The position numbers were made by a program, and so were the translations under genes. The notes under the pieces are model-generated. The model made no database searches, had not been told where the DNA came from, and saw only the letters and a list, made by a program, of their open reading frames with translations. This document shows positions 1 through 9,161 of a stretch of DNA of 64,000 nt, one piece after another. Numbering within the stretch: the first letter of the stretch is position 1; every line of letters starts with the position of its first letter. The DNA is taken from IMG/VR virus record IMGVR_UViG_2974673715_000001, positions 32,001-96,000 of that record. One strand, given 5' to 3'. This DNA is from a virus (taxonomy: Duplodnaviria > Caudoviricetes).

Positions 1-1
1 T

Positions 2-682
2 TACTTAGAGGTTTATACTGGTAGTGCATGGAATAATGTCATTGGTCCTGATGCTGCTGCAACTTCTAATTTAGGAACTCAATCAAACCCTGCTATTAGT
101 GGTATGGCACTCAAGGCAGAGGGATTACCTTCTGGTCTTTATTGGATTAAACCTAATGGAAGTGTAAATAATTATAAAATGTATGTTGATAATGATCGTA
201 ATGGTGGTGGTTGGGTTTTAGTTGCACATGTTAGGACATCAACCTGTCAAGATCACATGACTAATAGTGCTGTTCGTATTAGTAATAGTTTAGGTCCTAG
301 ATTTGGTAACACAAGCACAACTAAAGTTGAAGACTCATGGATGAACGCTATGAGAACTGCATCAACATACTCTGGTAGCACTCGATGGTGGTTGGAAGCA
401 CATGATTTTGGTAACCCTGCTAAGAATATGTTTGTTGATAGTGCTGCTACTGCAGATTTATCATCAAGTGCTAGTAATCAGAACGCAAGAACACGAGTCT
501 CTACTACCTATGAAGGTAGTATCTCTGACAGAGGACCTAACACAGGAACTAGAGGTTTAGGTGATCATCATACTTCTGGTGGTACTTATTTTGCTTATGG
601 TAGACACCCAGAACAAGGTAACAACTGCGGATTTCGTGCAGATAGTTTGGGTGCATCAAACGGATACTTATGGTTAAAATAA
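2..682 (+). CDS. Tail-fibre-associated protein with C-terminal fibrinogen-like domain (5' partial)
   Basis: Frame is open from position 2 (YLEVYTGSAW...). Contains the SGLYWIKP...MYVDNDRNGGGWVLVA motif typical of fibrinogen-like YCDxxxxGGGW domains. Paralogue of the next gene. Confidence 0.7.
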   Translation, partial: YLEVYTGSAWNNVIGPDAAATSNLGTQSNPAISGMALKAEGLPSGLYWIKPNGSVNNYKMYVDNDRNGGGWVLVAHVRTSTCQDHMTNSAVRISNSLGPRFGNTSTTKVEDSWMNAMRTASTYSGSTRWWLEAHDFGNPAKNMFVDSAATADLSSSASNQNARTRVSTTYEGSISDRGPNTGTRGLGDHHTSGGTYFAYGRHPEQGNNCGFRADSLGASNGYLWLK

Positions 683-683
683 A

Positions 684-1538
684 ATGAGCATTTTAAACGT
701 CGGCGAATTAAATGGATCTACGGAGAACAACCGAGAGATTAGAATGGAGACCAGTAACAACCTTGTTATCACTGGAACTCTTACTCAAAATCGTTTAAGT
801 AGATTTACATTTCCTATTGGAACGACTGCAGAAAGACCAAGTAGTCCAGCTGCAGGTCATGTAAGGTATAACACAACTTTAGGGTATGCTGAGGTTTACA
901 ATGGTAGTGCATGGTATAGAGCAAGTTCGGGTGTTCTCGGAACTGTAGGAACTGAGGGAAGTCCCGCAACAAATTCTCAACAACTCGCAGGACTACCTTC
1001 TGGTTTATATTGGTTCCAACCAAGTGGTCAAACAAAATATCAAATGTATGTTGATAACAGTAGATTTGGTGGAGGTTGGGTCTTGATGGCAAGTGTTAGA
1101 ACATCTACATGTCAAGATCATATGGATCAAGGTGCTGTTCGTATTAGTGGTACGACTGGTCCTAGACTAGATAATACATCAACATCTAAGATGGCAGACG
1201 CATGGATCAATGCTTTTGTATCTGGTTCTAACTATACTGGTTCTACTAGATATTGGATGGAAGCAACTGGATTCAATAAAAATGTGTTTATTGATTCTAA
1301 TGCTACTGTAGATTTACTCAGTTCTGCTAGTAATCAGAACGCAAGAACAAGAATATCTAACTCCTATGAAGGAAGTTTAGATGATAGAGGTCCTAACACA
1401 GGAACTAGAGGTTTTGGAGATCACCATACCTCTGGCGGAACGTACTTCGCTTATGGTAGACACCCTGAATCAGGTAACAACTGCGGATTTAGAGAAGACT
1501 CTCTAGGTGCATCTAATGGTTACCTATGGGTAAAATGA
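684..1538 (+). CDS. Tail-fibre-associated protein with fibrinogen-like domain
   Basis: Fibre motif PIGTTAERPSSPAAGHVRYNTTLGYAEVYNGSAW, then SGLYWFQP...MYVDNSRFGGGWVL. Confidence 0.7.
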   Translation: MSILNVGELNGSTENNREIRMETSNNLVITGTLTQNRLSRFTFPIGTTAERPSSPAAGHVRYNTTLGYAEVYNGSAWYRASSGVLGTVGTEGSPATNSQQLAGLPSGLYWFQPSGQTKYQMYVDNSRFGGGWVLMASVRTSTCQDHMDQGAVRISGTTGPRLDNTSTSKMADAWINAFVSGSNYTGSTRYWMEATGFNKNVFIDSNATVDLLSSASNQNARTRISNSYEGSLDDRGPNTGTRGFGDHHTSGGTYFAYGRHPESGNNCGFREDSLGASNGYLWVK

Positions 1539-1544
1539 TAAATA
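1537..1544 (+). promoter_or_regulatory. T4-type late promoter (GATAAATA)
   Basis: Near match to TATAAATA, 23 nt upstream of the ATG at 1568. Confidence 0.55.
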
Positions 1545-1567
1545 GAAACATACAGAATTTTTAAGAC

Positions 1568-2731
1568 ATGTCTGAAATTAAAGTAGATAAAGTTAAAGGT
1601 AGACAGGCACCCGCAAGTGGTCCTGAAGTCACCTTTGATTCGTCTGGAAACATATCTTTTGCAGGTAATATTTCATCTACTGGTGATGTCACTGCTGATG
1701 ATGTTACAGTCAACTCCTTACTTCTTATTCCCAGATATGCAACGAGTGCTTTACCTGGTAGTGCAACTACAGGAAGTATTGCATGGGATACAGATGATGA
1801 AGTAATTAAAGTTTGGGACGGAACGGAATGGAGAAATGTTGGAAAGGGAGCAGGAATATCAGGTAGTGGTGGATCAGTTTCAACTGCAGGTGGATATACT
1901 ATCCATACATTTACAAGTGGTGGAGCATTAACTATTGATGGAGAAGGAACTGTTGATGTTCTTTTAGTTGGTGGTGGTGCAGGTGGTGGAACTCGTAATG
2001 CTGGTCCTAACTCAGGAGGAACTGACGGAGGTTCTGGTGGAGGAGCAGGTGGTTGGGTTCAAGTAGCAGGTATGCCTCTTACATCTGGAAGTTATCCTGT
2101 TAGTGTTGGTGGCGGTGGTAATGGTTATCAGTCTGGACAAAATCCTGGTCAAAATGGTTCGCCCTCTACATTCAATGGTCTTGTAGCATATGGTGGAGGA
2201 TACGGTGCCTCAGGTCCTGGTAATAGACCTGGTGGTCCTGGCGGATCTGGCGGAGGAGCAGGAGGAGGTGGAGGTTCACCTGGTCAAGGTGGTTCTGCAC
2301 AACAACCTCGTGCACCTGGTCAGTCTGGTTCTAATGGACATGGAAATCCTGGTGGTCCTAATCCTAACCAAGCATGTTACTCTGGTTCTGGTGGAGGAGG
2401 AGCAGGTGGATCTGGTTCGACTGGTGGAAATGGTCGTCAGGCACCTGGTGGAAATGGAAGATCAAGTGTATATTCTGGAAGTAATACAACCTACGCAGGT
2501 GGCGGAGGAGGTGGCGGTGGTCATCCAGGTTCCTGTCGTGGAGGTAACGGAGGTTCTGGTGGCGGTGGTCACGGTGGTGTTGCTCCTAACCGTCCGAATA
2601 ATGGTTATGGTGGTGCAGGTTCACCTGGTCAAGGTGGCGGTGGCGGAGGAGGTGCAGGAAACCCTTGGCCAAATGGGTCAGGTGGTAATGGTGGTAGTGG
2701 TGTTGTTATTGTTAGATACCAGACACCCTAA
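1568..2731 (+). CDS. Glycine-rich tail-fibre/virion protein
   Basis: Fibre-like N-terminus (GSIAWDTDDEVIKVWDG), GGYTIHTFTS...VLLVGGGAGGG, and C-terminal GGNGGSGVVIVRY. Confidence 0.75.
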   Translation: MSEIKVDKVKGRQAPASGPEVTFDSSGNISFAGNISSTGDVTADDVTVNSLLLIPRYATSALPGSATTGSIAWDTDDEVIKVWDGTEWRNVGKGAGISGSGGSVSTAGGYTIHTFTSGGALTIDGEGTVDVLLVGGGAGGGTRNAGPNSGGTDGGSGGGAGGWVQVAGMPLTSGSYPVSVGGGGNGYQSGQNPGQNGSPSTFNGLVAYGGGYGASGPGNRPGGPGGSGGGAGGGGGSPGQGGSAQQPRAPGQSGSNGHGNPGGPNPNQACYSGSGGGGAGGSGSTGGNGRQAPGGNGRSSVYSGSNTTYAGGGGGGGGHPGSCRGGNGGSGGGGHGGVAPNRPNNGYGGAGSPGQGGGGGGGAGNPWPNGSGGNGGSGVVIVRYQTP

Positions 2732-4318
2732 TTCTGCAAAGTATATCGCATCAATCTTAGATCGCTTCATAGTTTCAATAGCATCAACAGGAGTTTCAAC
2801 AATACATTCACCCGCAAGGTTAAAAGATGTATTGAACAAGATAGGAACTCCTGTTTTTTCATGGAAACATTTAATTAGTTGATAGTAATGATAATTTTGA
2901 TTGGCAGTCACCGTCTGAACTCTACAAGTGTAGTCAACATGAGTGACACCAGGTATATCATCTGATGTTACATTTACCGCATACATCATATAAGGACTCT
3001 CATCTAATCCTCTCATATCAAAGTAATCATTAGCATATTCTTTCATAACTGTTGCAGCGAAAGGTCTAAACTCCTCACGTCTCTTTACTCGATTGACTAT
3101 TTCTTTTGCTGCACCGTTACGAGGATCAAACAAGATGGATCTATTTCCTAATGCTCTAGGTCCTGCTTCGGATCTACCTTGATAGATTGCAATTATTTTT
3201 CCGTCAGCGATCATATCTGCTACTTCAAATGGTGTTGTAGGTCTAGTGCTTTCCATATACAACCGAGTAAAGTTATCTTGGACAGGTCCGAGATATAAAC
3301 TATTCAATGGTCGTTTTGTTTTATCACCAGTAAGTTCATGGTGAATAAGTTTTGCTGCTCCAATAGACGTACCTGCATCACTTGATACAGGTTCAATGTA
3401 TAAGTTTACATCACTAGGTAACACACTCAAATAGTAATAGTTTGCAACGCAATTCAGAAAAAATCCCCCAGATAAACAAACGTTCTTACACCCTGTTTGT
3501 TCAATTTGATTGAGAATATATTGTGCAACGTGTTCTTGTGTTTGTTTTTGTAAGGTGAAAGCAAAATCTGCTTTTGAATTAAAATCACCAAGCAAAAAAT
3601 TTAATCCTGTATCATGTAAATCTTTACCGATATAAAATAATTGATTGTCAATTAATCCATTATCATATATTGATATAGGTAGTTCCTCTCCATAAGATGC
3701 TAAACCCATAACTTTACCTGCATCTAGTTCATGAAACCCAAATGCCATTGATGTCTTTTGAAATGCCATACCCTCACCAAGATTGTTAGAGATATGAGTC
3801 ACACCAAATTTATGATTAGATTCAAAGGGAACAGCAACGTGTCTATCTACAACGGTAAAATCAGCAGGATATGTTGCCCAAAAGGTCGTAGATAATTCTC
3901 TACCATAAGTGCCTGATTGAAACATATCTCCTACTAGAGGTACGTCAGATCCCATTCCGTCTTTTACAATACAGATTGCTTCATCAAATCCTGAGTTGTA
4001 AAAAGCGTGTGCTGCATGAAGTTTATGATGTGATAGTGATAGGTCATGAACCTCAGTGTCATACTTATTTTCTTTCGTCTTTACATATAAACTATATGGG
4101 TCATCATCAATAAAACAGTCAGCAGGTGTCAATTTGCCTACACCTGCAATACAAATATTATCAAGGTTTAAGGTGTCAAGGTCAGTCAAACATTGAAATG
4201 GAAAGGCATCATACTTTCTATTAGATAATCTTTCATTCTCAAGGTGGTAGACAATTTCGCCATTTTGTAGTAAAGTAGTAGAGGAATTATGAACTCTACT
4301 GATACCTAAATTTCTCAT
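2678..4318 (-). CDS. Carbamoyltransferase, CmcH/NodU/TobZ family
   Basis: Motifs HHKLHAAHAF, GKVMGLASYG, SGGFFLNCVAN, DAGTSIGAA, GRSEAGPRALGNRS, RPFA, NTSFN. Start 4318 preferred over 4342 because the -10 box lies at 4345-4350. Confidence 0.92.
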   Translation of the reverse strand: MRNLGISRVHNSSTTLLQNGEIVYHLENERLSNRKYDAFPFQCLTDLDTLNLDNICIAGVGKLTPADCFIDDDPYSLYVKTKENKYDTEVHDLSLSHHKLHAAHAFYNSGFDEAICIVKDGMGSDVPLVGDMFQSGTYGRELSTTFWATYPADFTVVDRHVAVPFESNHKFGVTHISNNLGEGMAFQKTSMAFGFHELDAGKVMGLASYGEELPISIYDNGLIDNQLFYIGKDLHDTGLNFLLGDFNSKADFAFTLQKQTQEHVAQYILNQIEQTGCKNVCLSGGFFLNCVANYYYLSVLPSDVNLYIEPVSSDAGTSIGAAKLIHHELTGDKTKRPLNSLYLGPVQDNFTRLYMESTRPTTPFEVADMIADGKIIAIYQGRSEAGPRALGNRSILFDPRNGAAKEIVNRVKRREEFRPFAATVMKEYANDYFDMRGLDESPYMMYAVNVTSDDIPGVTHVDYTCRVQTVTANQNYHYYQLIKCFHEKTGVPILFNTSFNLAGECIVETPVDAIETMKRSKIDAIYFAELGCLVSNNNNTTTTITT

Positions 4319-4344
4319 AGGATTTCTTGATTCCTGATACATAT

Positions 4345-4353
4345 ATTATAACA
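4345..4353 (-). promoter_or_regulatory. Extended -10 promoter (TGnTATAAT) for the carbamoyltransferase
   Basis: Minus strand reads TGTTATAAT. Confidence 0.55.
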
Positions 4354-4366
4354 TGATTTTTAAATT

Positions 4367-4924
4367 ATGACATTTAATACAATGTGGTATGAGACCGATA
4401 TTCCAGAGGAATTTGTAAGTCTCATAGAGAGAGAATGCACACCGTATGATGATATAGTTAAGGTAGCGAGTGTAAGAGAAGGAGAGATATTTGCTACAAG
4501 AGATAGTCAAACATCTTGGATTCCTGCAGATAATTGGGTCGGAGGATTCTGTATGTCTTATGTATTGAAGTCAAACAGAGATAACTTTATGTATGATATA
4601 GAGGGTATTGATGGCAATGAAATTCAATATACAGTATATGAGCAAGGTCAGTTTTATAATTGGCATCAAGATGCAGATCATACTGCTGCAGACGAAAATG
4701 GTAAGTTGAGAAAACTGTCATTTATTTTACAACTCTCGTCTCCTGATGACTATCAAGGTGGTAATATTGAAATGAAAAACACTGATGATGATGTATATCT
4801 AGTGCCTAGACGTAGAGGTACATTTATTGTGTTTGATAGTAGAACTGCTCATAGAGTCACAGAGGTTACTGGTGGTATTCGTAAGACTCTGGTAGGGTGG
4901 GTAATTGGACCGAGGTGGCGATGA
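4367..4924 (+). CDS. 2OG-Fe(II) oxygenase (PKHD/P4H-like)
   Basis: WHQD...RKLS...YQGG...HRVTEVTGGIRKTLVGW (HxD...H...R). Confidence 0.9.
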   Translation: MTFNTMWYETDIPEEFVSLIERECTPYDDIVKVASVREGEIFATRDSQTSWIPADNWVGGFCMSYVLKSNRDNFMYDIEGIDGNEIQYTVYEQGQFYNWHQDADHTAADENGKLRKLSFILQLSSPDDYQGGNIEMKNTDDDVYLVPRRRGTFIVFDSRTAHRVTEVTGGIRKTLVGWVIGPRWR

Positions 4925-5487
4925 TTCATTACAAAGATTGGAGTCTTATTCAACTGAAGCATTTGGCGATTGCTCCCCTATTAGTTGAAGAACCCCCTCT
5001 TGAACGAGGAAAATTTGGATATGATAAAAATGGCAGAATGGAAAATTTGTCTGAAGAAGGACAAGTTCCAAATAGTCTTGCAAGATATAATCACCCTAAG
5101 TATAAAAAATTATACAAAGGTGTTCAATCAAAAATTGAAACTATCTTAGGGGAAAAGTTATATCCAACATATTACTTTGATAGATTTTATTTCAAGGGTC
5201 AAGAATTAAAGAAACATCATGATAGACCTGCATGTGAAATCAGTGTATCAATGAATATCAGCACTAACGCAACTACACCATGGCCAATATATTTTGAACT
5301 TCCTAACGGAGATGTTAAGGAGCTTTACACAAATCATGGTGATGCTGTATTATATAAGGGTATGGAGTTAGAACATTGGCGAGAACCATTAAAAGGTACG
5401 CCAAAAGTTTACTATCACCAAATTTTCATGCACTTTGTAAGGGCAGACGGATATCACGTCGAATATGCTTATGACACCAAGTGCTAA
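4921..5487 (+). CDS. 2OG-Fe(II) oxygenase
   Basis: HHDRPACEISVS...GDAVLYKG...HWREP...QIFMHFV. ATG at 4921 overlaps the previous stop. Confidence 0.8.
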   Translation: MIHYKDWSLIQLKHLAIAPLLVEEPPLERGKFGYDKNGRMENLSEEGQVPNSLARYNHPKYKKLYKGVQSKIETILGEKLYPTYYFDRFYFKGQELKKHHDRPACEISVSMNISTNATTPWPIYFELPNGDVKELYTNHGDAVLYKGMELEHWREPLKGTPKVYYHQIFMHFVRADGYHVEYAYDTKC

Positions 5488-5490
5488 ATA
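5484..5490 (+). promoter_or_regulatory. Late promoter (CTAAATA)
   Basis: Late-promoter variant 30 nt upstream of the ATG at 5521. Confidence 0.5.
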
Positions 5491-5520
5491 ACTAAAGCAC
5501 AACCTAACTGATTAAGAGGA

Positions 5521-5901
5521 ATGGCACATTACGCTAAGATAAATGATGATAATGTTGTCGAGAGAGTAGAAAAACTTGACGACTTTTATGAATGGACGGA
5601 CACAGGTGAACTCGATGAACAACGTGCGATCACCACTCTGAGAAAGTTTTTTGGAGCAACAACTAATTGGGTGAAGACCTCATACAATGCCAACATTCGT
5701 GGTATGTTTGCAGGTGTTGGAGATATATATCGTCCAGATTTAGATAAGTTTGTATCTGCAAAACCTGCAGGTATGGACTCATGGGTTTTAAATGAGGAAA
5801 CCCTACAGTGGGAACCCCCTATACCAATGCCCCCTGCTAACGAAGATCGTACGTGGGAGTGGAATGAAACAACTAAAACATGGGACGAAGAAAAACAATG
5901 A
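5521..5901 (+). CDS. Conserved phage protein, tail-fibre assembly-like
   Basis: MAHYAKI...WVKTSYN...SWVLNEETLQWEPPIPMP...WNETTKTW, a pattern usually found beside Gly-rich fibre genes. Confidence 0.6.
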   Translation: MAHYAKINDDNVVERVEKLDDFYEWTDTGELDEQRAITTLRKFFGATTNWVKTSYNANIRGMFAGVGDIYRPDLDKFVSAKPAGMDSWVLNEETLQWEPPIPMPPANEDRTWEWNETTKTWDEEKQ

Positions 5902-6242
5902 AAAAACTTTATGAATTGGTCTCTTTTGATGTAGCAATTAATTTATTGAGACCTCGTGCTAAATGGACTCTAGATCATGGCAAGTTTAATTGGAAAGACC
6001 CTAGACCTTGCCCAACTATGGAAGAAGTTGAAGATTGTCTAAACAAAATAAAAGAATTTGAAGAGAGTCTTCCTTATATTCTGTTAACAGAACAACAAGA
6101 AGCAGAAGCAGATACATGTCAAGATCCCGAATTTATCGCTTGGAATTATAAGCACGATCTTGAAGAGAGAGGTGTACATGTAGGAGGAGGAAATGAGCAA
6201 GGAGAAGGGATAGGTGGTAAAGGTGGTGTAGCTCCAGAGTAA
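5898..6242 (+). CDS. Hypothetical protein, XkdW-like
   Basis: AINLLRPRAKW...WKDPRPCPTMEEV. ATG at 5898 is coupled to the upstream stop. Confidence 0.5.
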   Translation: MKKLYELVSFDVAINLLRPRAKWTLDHGKFNWKDPRPCPTMEEVEDCLNKIKEFEESLPYILLTEQQEAEADTCQDPEFIAWNYKHDLEERGVHVGGGNEQGEGIGGKGGVAPE

Positions 6243-6245
6243 TTT

Positions 6246-6773
6246 ATGAGTGATTATTTTTATCATTACAGATTGAATGACATACAAAAATTCAAATCTG
6301 ATGTTGACAATGCAGTTAATGATTGTGGGTTAGATTGCCTCAACCCTCATATGTTTGATATATCTACCAGTTTACAAGGTAGGCAGTATCATTTGATGGA
6401 AGAGAGAACACTTCCATATCTTAAAGGCATCATAGATCAAGTTAAAGAAATGATTGTAGATGCTGTAGATGCAAAAAATCTCAAGTTAGCATCTGCATGG
6501 ACAGTATATGGGGAAGAAGGAACATATCATACAATGCATCAACACAACACTAACAATGATATTTGTAGTGTGATATACTTAGATGTAGAGGAAGAAATTT
6601 TCCCTGCAAAAAATGGATCTTTTTATTATTTCTTGGACGGAGTAAAACTATTTCCGCCAGGTGTAGGAGACGTTTTGATATTTCCTGCAACTCTTTGGCA
6701 TGGTGCATACCCTCAGAAAACTAAAATGAGACATGTATTAAATCTTGATTTTACACATGAAACAAATTTTTAG
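6246..6773 (+). CDS. 2OG-Fe(II) oxygenase (TIGR02466-like)
   Basis: AW...HTMHQH...SVIYL...GDVLIFPATLWHGAYP...R. Confidence 0.8.
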   Translation: MSDYFYHYRLNDIQKFKSDVDNAVNDCGLDCLNPHMFDISTSLQGRQYHLMEERTLPYLKGIIDQVKEMIVDAVDAKNLKLASAWTVYGEEGTYHTMHQHNTNNDICSVIYLDVEEEIFPAKNGSFYYFLDGVKLFPPGVGDVLIFPATLWHGAYPQKTKMRHVLNLDFTHETNF

Positions 6774-7314
6774 TAATCAATTCTATTATCAATATAGAAT
6801 GCCTGACTTTGATATTCTTAAAGAAAGGTTAGATACAGTTGAAAAATTTGATGATTCAGATTTCACATGGGGAGACCTATGTAAGATTGAACGTGACTCA
6901 TACAATGTAAATGATTTCTTCGATATTCTAGTCAAACCTCTTGGTTTAATGTCTGGTGATCTTAATGTTAAATTCAATGCTAAATTTTTAAATCCTTGGT
7001 TGAACAGATATAATCGTGGTGGATTTCAAGAGATACATTATCATGATGATTGTGACATTGCAGGTGTGGTATTTTTAAATGATGGTGAAGATTTCTCAAA
7101 ATTTTATTTCTGGGACGCTCACCATACATCATTTACTAAACCTTGGATTAAGATACTCACTCAGATGAAGTTGTCTAACATATATTATCCAGAGGTGAAA
7201 GCGGGTGATGTTTTGTTATTTCCCTCACATATGTTACATGGTGTTTCCCCTCATAATTCTGATACGATTAGAAAGACATTTTCTTTTAATGTGGTAGTGA
7301 CAAATGTTGAATGA
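6757..7314 (+). CDS. 2OG-Fe(II) oxygenase (TIGR02466-like)
   Basis: WLNRY...QEIHYH...GDVLLFPSHMLHGVSP...RKTFSFN. Confidence 0.85.
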   Translation: MKQIFSNQFYYQYRMPDFDILKERLDTVEKFDDSDFTWGDLCKIERDSYNVNDFFDILVKPLGLMSGDLNVKFNAKFLNPWLNRYNRGGFQEIHYHDDCDIAGVVFLNDGEDFSKFYFWDAHHTSFTKPWIKILTQMKLSNIYYPEVKAGDVLLFPSHMLHGVSPHNSDTIRKTFSFNVVVTNVE

Positions 7315-7870
7315 AGTGTATCTAACTGATAATTTCTTGAGTGATGACATTTGTAATTGGTTCATGTCATTTCATCAAACTATGTTTCCTTTATATGGAT
7401 CAGAGTTTGAGAATAGAAGGATTATTAATTTAACAGAACTAACTCATGTTCTCTATAATAATAATCTACCTTATGATGTAACAGATTATCTAAAGATAGT
7501 CCAAGCAAACTTGACTACAGAGGTTAGGAAGTACGACCCTAAAGCATTTCCTAATTATATTCATTGCACAGAGTGGACAGCACCAATCTATCAACCAATA
7601 CACACAGATTTTGATGAACACGTCTGGACATCTATTCTATACTTGAATGATAACTTCACAGGTGGTAATACTATTATTGAAGGTGAAAAGATACCGCCAA
7701 AAAAAGGTGGTAATACTATTATTGAAGGTGAAAAGATACCGCCAAAAAAAGGAAGTGTTATCACCTTTAAAGGAGAGTTAAAACATGGAGTTGAAGAAGT
7801 CACAGAGGGTAATCGTTATACTATTTCGGTATGGTATAAAAATCACATAGGAGTAAACAAATACAGATGA
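7304..7870 (+). CDS. 2OG-Fe(II) oxygenase (prolyl-hydroxylase-like)
   Basis: HTD...SILYLNDNFTGG...HGVEEVTEGNRYTISVW. Confidence 0.85.
   Translation: MLNEVYLTDNFLSDDICNWFMSFHQTMFPLYGSEFENRRIINLTELTHVLYNNNLPYDVTDYLKIVQANLTTEVRKYDPKAFPNYIHCTEWTAPIYQPIHTDFDEHVWTSILYLNDNFTGGNTIIEGEKIPPKKGGNTIIEGEKIPPKKGSVITFKGELKHGVEEVTEGNRYTISVWYKNHIGVNKYR
7661..7750 (+). repeat. Perfect 45-bp in-frame tandem duplication
   Basis: ggtggtaatactattattgaaggtgaaaagataccgccaaaaaaa twice, encoding GGNTIIEGEKIPPKK twice. Confidence 0.95.
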
Positions 7871-8478
7871 TAATAGATTTATTCCCAACATCAATTTACA
7901 TGGATAGTTTTGAATTATCCCCCGAAGATCATGCAAATTTATCTCAAGTAAAACTTAGTAGAAACAGAGATCAATGTGCATGGGTCAGTTCACATATACA
8001 TTTACTTGATTGGTATCAAAGTATTGAAGTTAAAGTAAGAAAGCACGTTGAACAGTACGTTTATAATGACATTGGTTTGAGTAGAGGATATAATATGCAA
8101 TGTCATGGTGCATGGTTGAACAGAAATGATAAAGGAGATTACACAGAGATACATCATCATTCTAATTCACTTATAAGTGGTGTATATTATTTGTCGGTCA
8201 ATGACCAACAAGGACGTATTCAATTCTATGATGATAAAGATGGATTGTTTGGTAGATATTTCACAGTATTAAATTACACTGAACCTAACAATAGAAATTC
8301 TCATAGAGCAAACGTAGAATGTAAGAATGGAACGATCGTGTTATTTCCCTCACGTCTGAAGCATAGCGTTGCACCCAATCTATTGGAAGAACCTAGATTC
8401 TCACTAGCATTTGATTACACACTAGAAGGTGTATTTGATGCAATGGTGAATAAGGTGAACTATGTGCCAGTTAAATGA
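7867..8478 (+). CDS. 2OG-Fe(II) oxygenase (TIGR02466-like)
   Basis: LFPT...WLN...HHHSNSLISGVYYL...LFPSRLKHSV...RFSLAF. Confidence 0.88.
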   Translation: MIIDLFPTSIYMDSFELSPEDHANLSQVKLSRNRDQCAWVSSHIHLLDWYQSIEVKVRKHVEQYVYNDIGLSRGYNMQCHGAWLNRNDKGDYTEIHHHSNSLISGVYYLSVNDQQGRIQFYDDKDGLFGRYFTVLNYTEPNNRNSHRANVECKNGTIVLFPSRLKHSVAPNLLEEPRFSLAFDYTLEGVFDAMVNKVNYVPVK

Positions 8479-8520
8479 ACTGTCCACAGACTCGCCATTT
8501 CAAAAAAATTGTGTTATACT
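8463..8520 (+). promoter_or_regulatory. Palindrome-promoter module 1 (longer variant)
   Basis: tgtgccagt-taaatga-actgtccaca; TGnTATACT with -10 at 8515-8520. Confidence 0.7.
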
Positions 8521-8543
8521 AATAGGGTAACGCAAACAGAACA

Positions 8544-8714
8544 ATGCCACATTTCACTCTCATCTGCACAGACGAAGATGAGACCCTCACAAAAAAAGAG
8601 TTTGATGCCGACATTCTTGATGATGTTGTCGATAAAACTGCCGACTTCCTACATGGAGTAGGTTATTGTTTCGAGGATCTTTCAACGCAAGTGTATCCAA
8701 CTCAGAAAACCTGA
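8544..8714 (+). CDS. Small acidic hypothetical protein (56 aa, not in ORF track)
   Basis: MPHFTLICTDEDETLTKKEFDADILDDVV..., first ATG after module 1. Confidence 0.7.
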   Translation: MPHFTLICTDEDETLTKKEFDADILDDVVDKTADFLHGVGYCFEDLSTQVYPTQKT

Positions 8715-8752
8715 TACATACTACAAGTAGTTTACTATTTTACACACTCAAA

Positions 8753-8914
8753 ATGGGTAAGACATTTCGGCGAGGTGGTAGCGAACAAGGTTACTATTCT
8801 TATGGTAAATCAATCCGAGACAAGCGACAAACAAAAATGGTAATTAAGAAAATCGAACATGAAAACAAAAGGGAATTAAAAAATGAAAGATCAAAACGCA
8901 ATACGTCTGAATGA
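8753..8914 (+). CDS. Small basic hypothetical protein
   Basis: MGKTFRRGG...; ATG at 8753 within the tracked ORF 8666-8914. Confidence 0.6.
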   Translation: MGKTFRRGGSEQGYYSYGKSIRDKRQTKMVIKKIEHENKRELKNERSKRNTSE

Positions 8915-9161
8915 AAGTTCTGATGTAAAATATCAGAGAGCATTAGACCTTTTTACCGAGTCAGTTATGAAACCAGACCCCGATTTGCGTGGGTGTGCCT
9001 ATAATCAGGATTGTTTCAATGAACTGATGGAGATAAGGGAACACGTTTTGAAATATCTTTCAACGTTGAAATCAACACAAAACTTTGAAAACCCAGATGA
9101 ATCCGATACAATAGAACAAGAGAAGTTGGAACACACTTCCCCTTTATCTAAATGGAGATAA
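8883..9161 (+). CDS. Hypothetical protein
   Basis: ORF in a tightly packed operon. Confidence 0.7.
   Translation: MKDQNAIRLNESSDVKYQRALDLFTESVMKPDPDLRGCAYNQDCFNELMEIREHVLKYLSTLKSTQNFENPDESDTIEQEKLEHTSPLSKWR

Noticed and set aside
480-1538. Diversity-generating retroelement template/variable repeat pair
   Set aside because: Differences between the two copies are mainly synonymous and not adenine-specific, both copies are coding, and no reverse transcriptase is visible
2190-2882. 230-aa alternative-frame ORF (V/E/L-rich)
   Set aside because: Shadow of GGT/GGA Gly codons read in another frame; no RBS or recognisable motif
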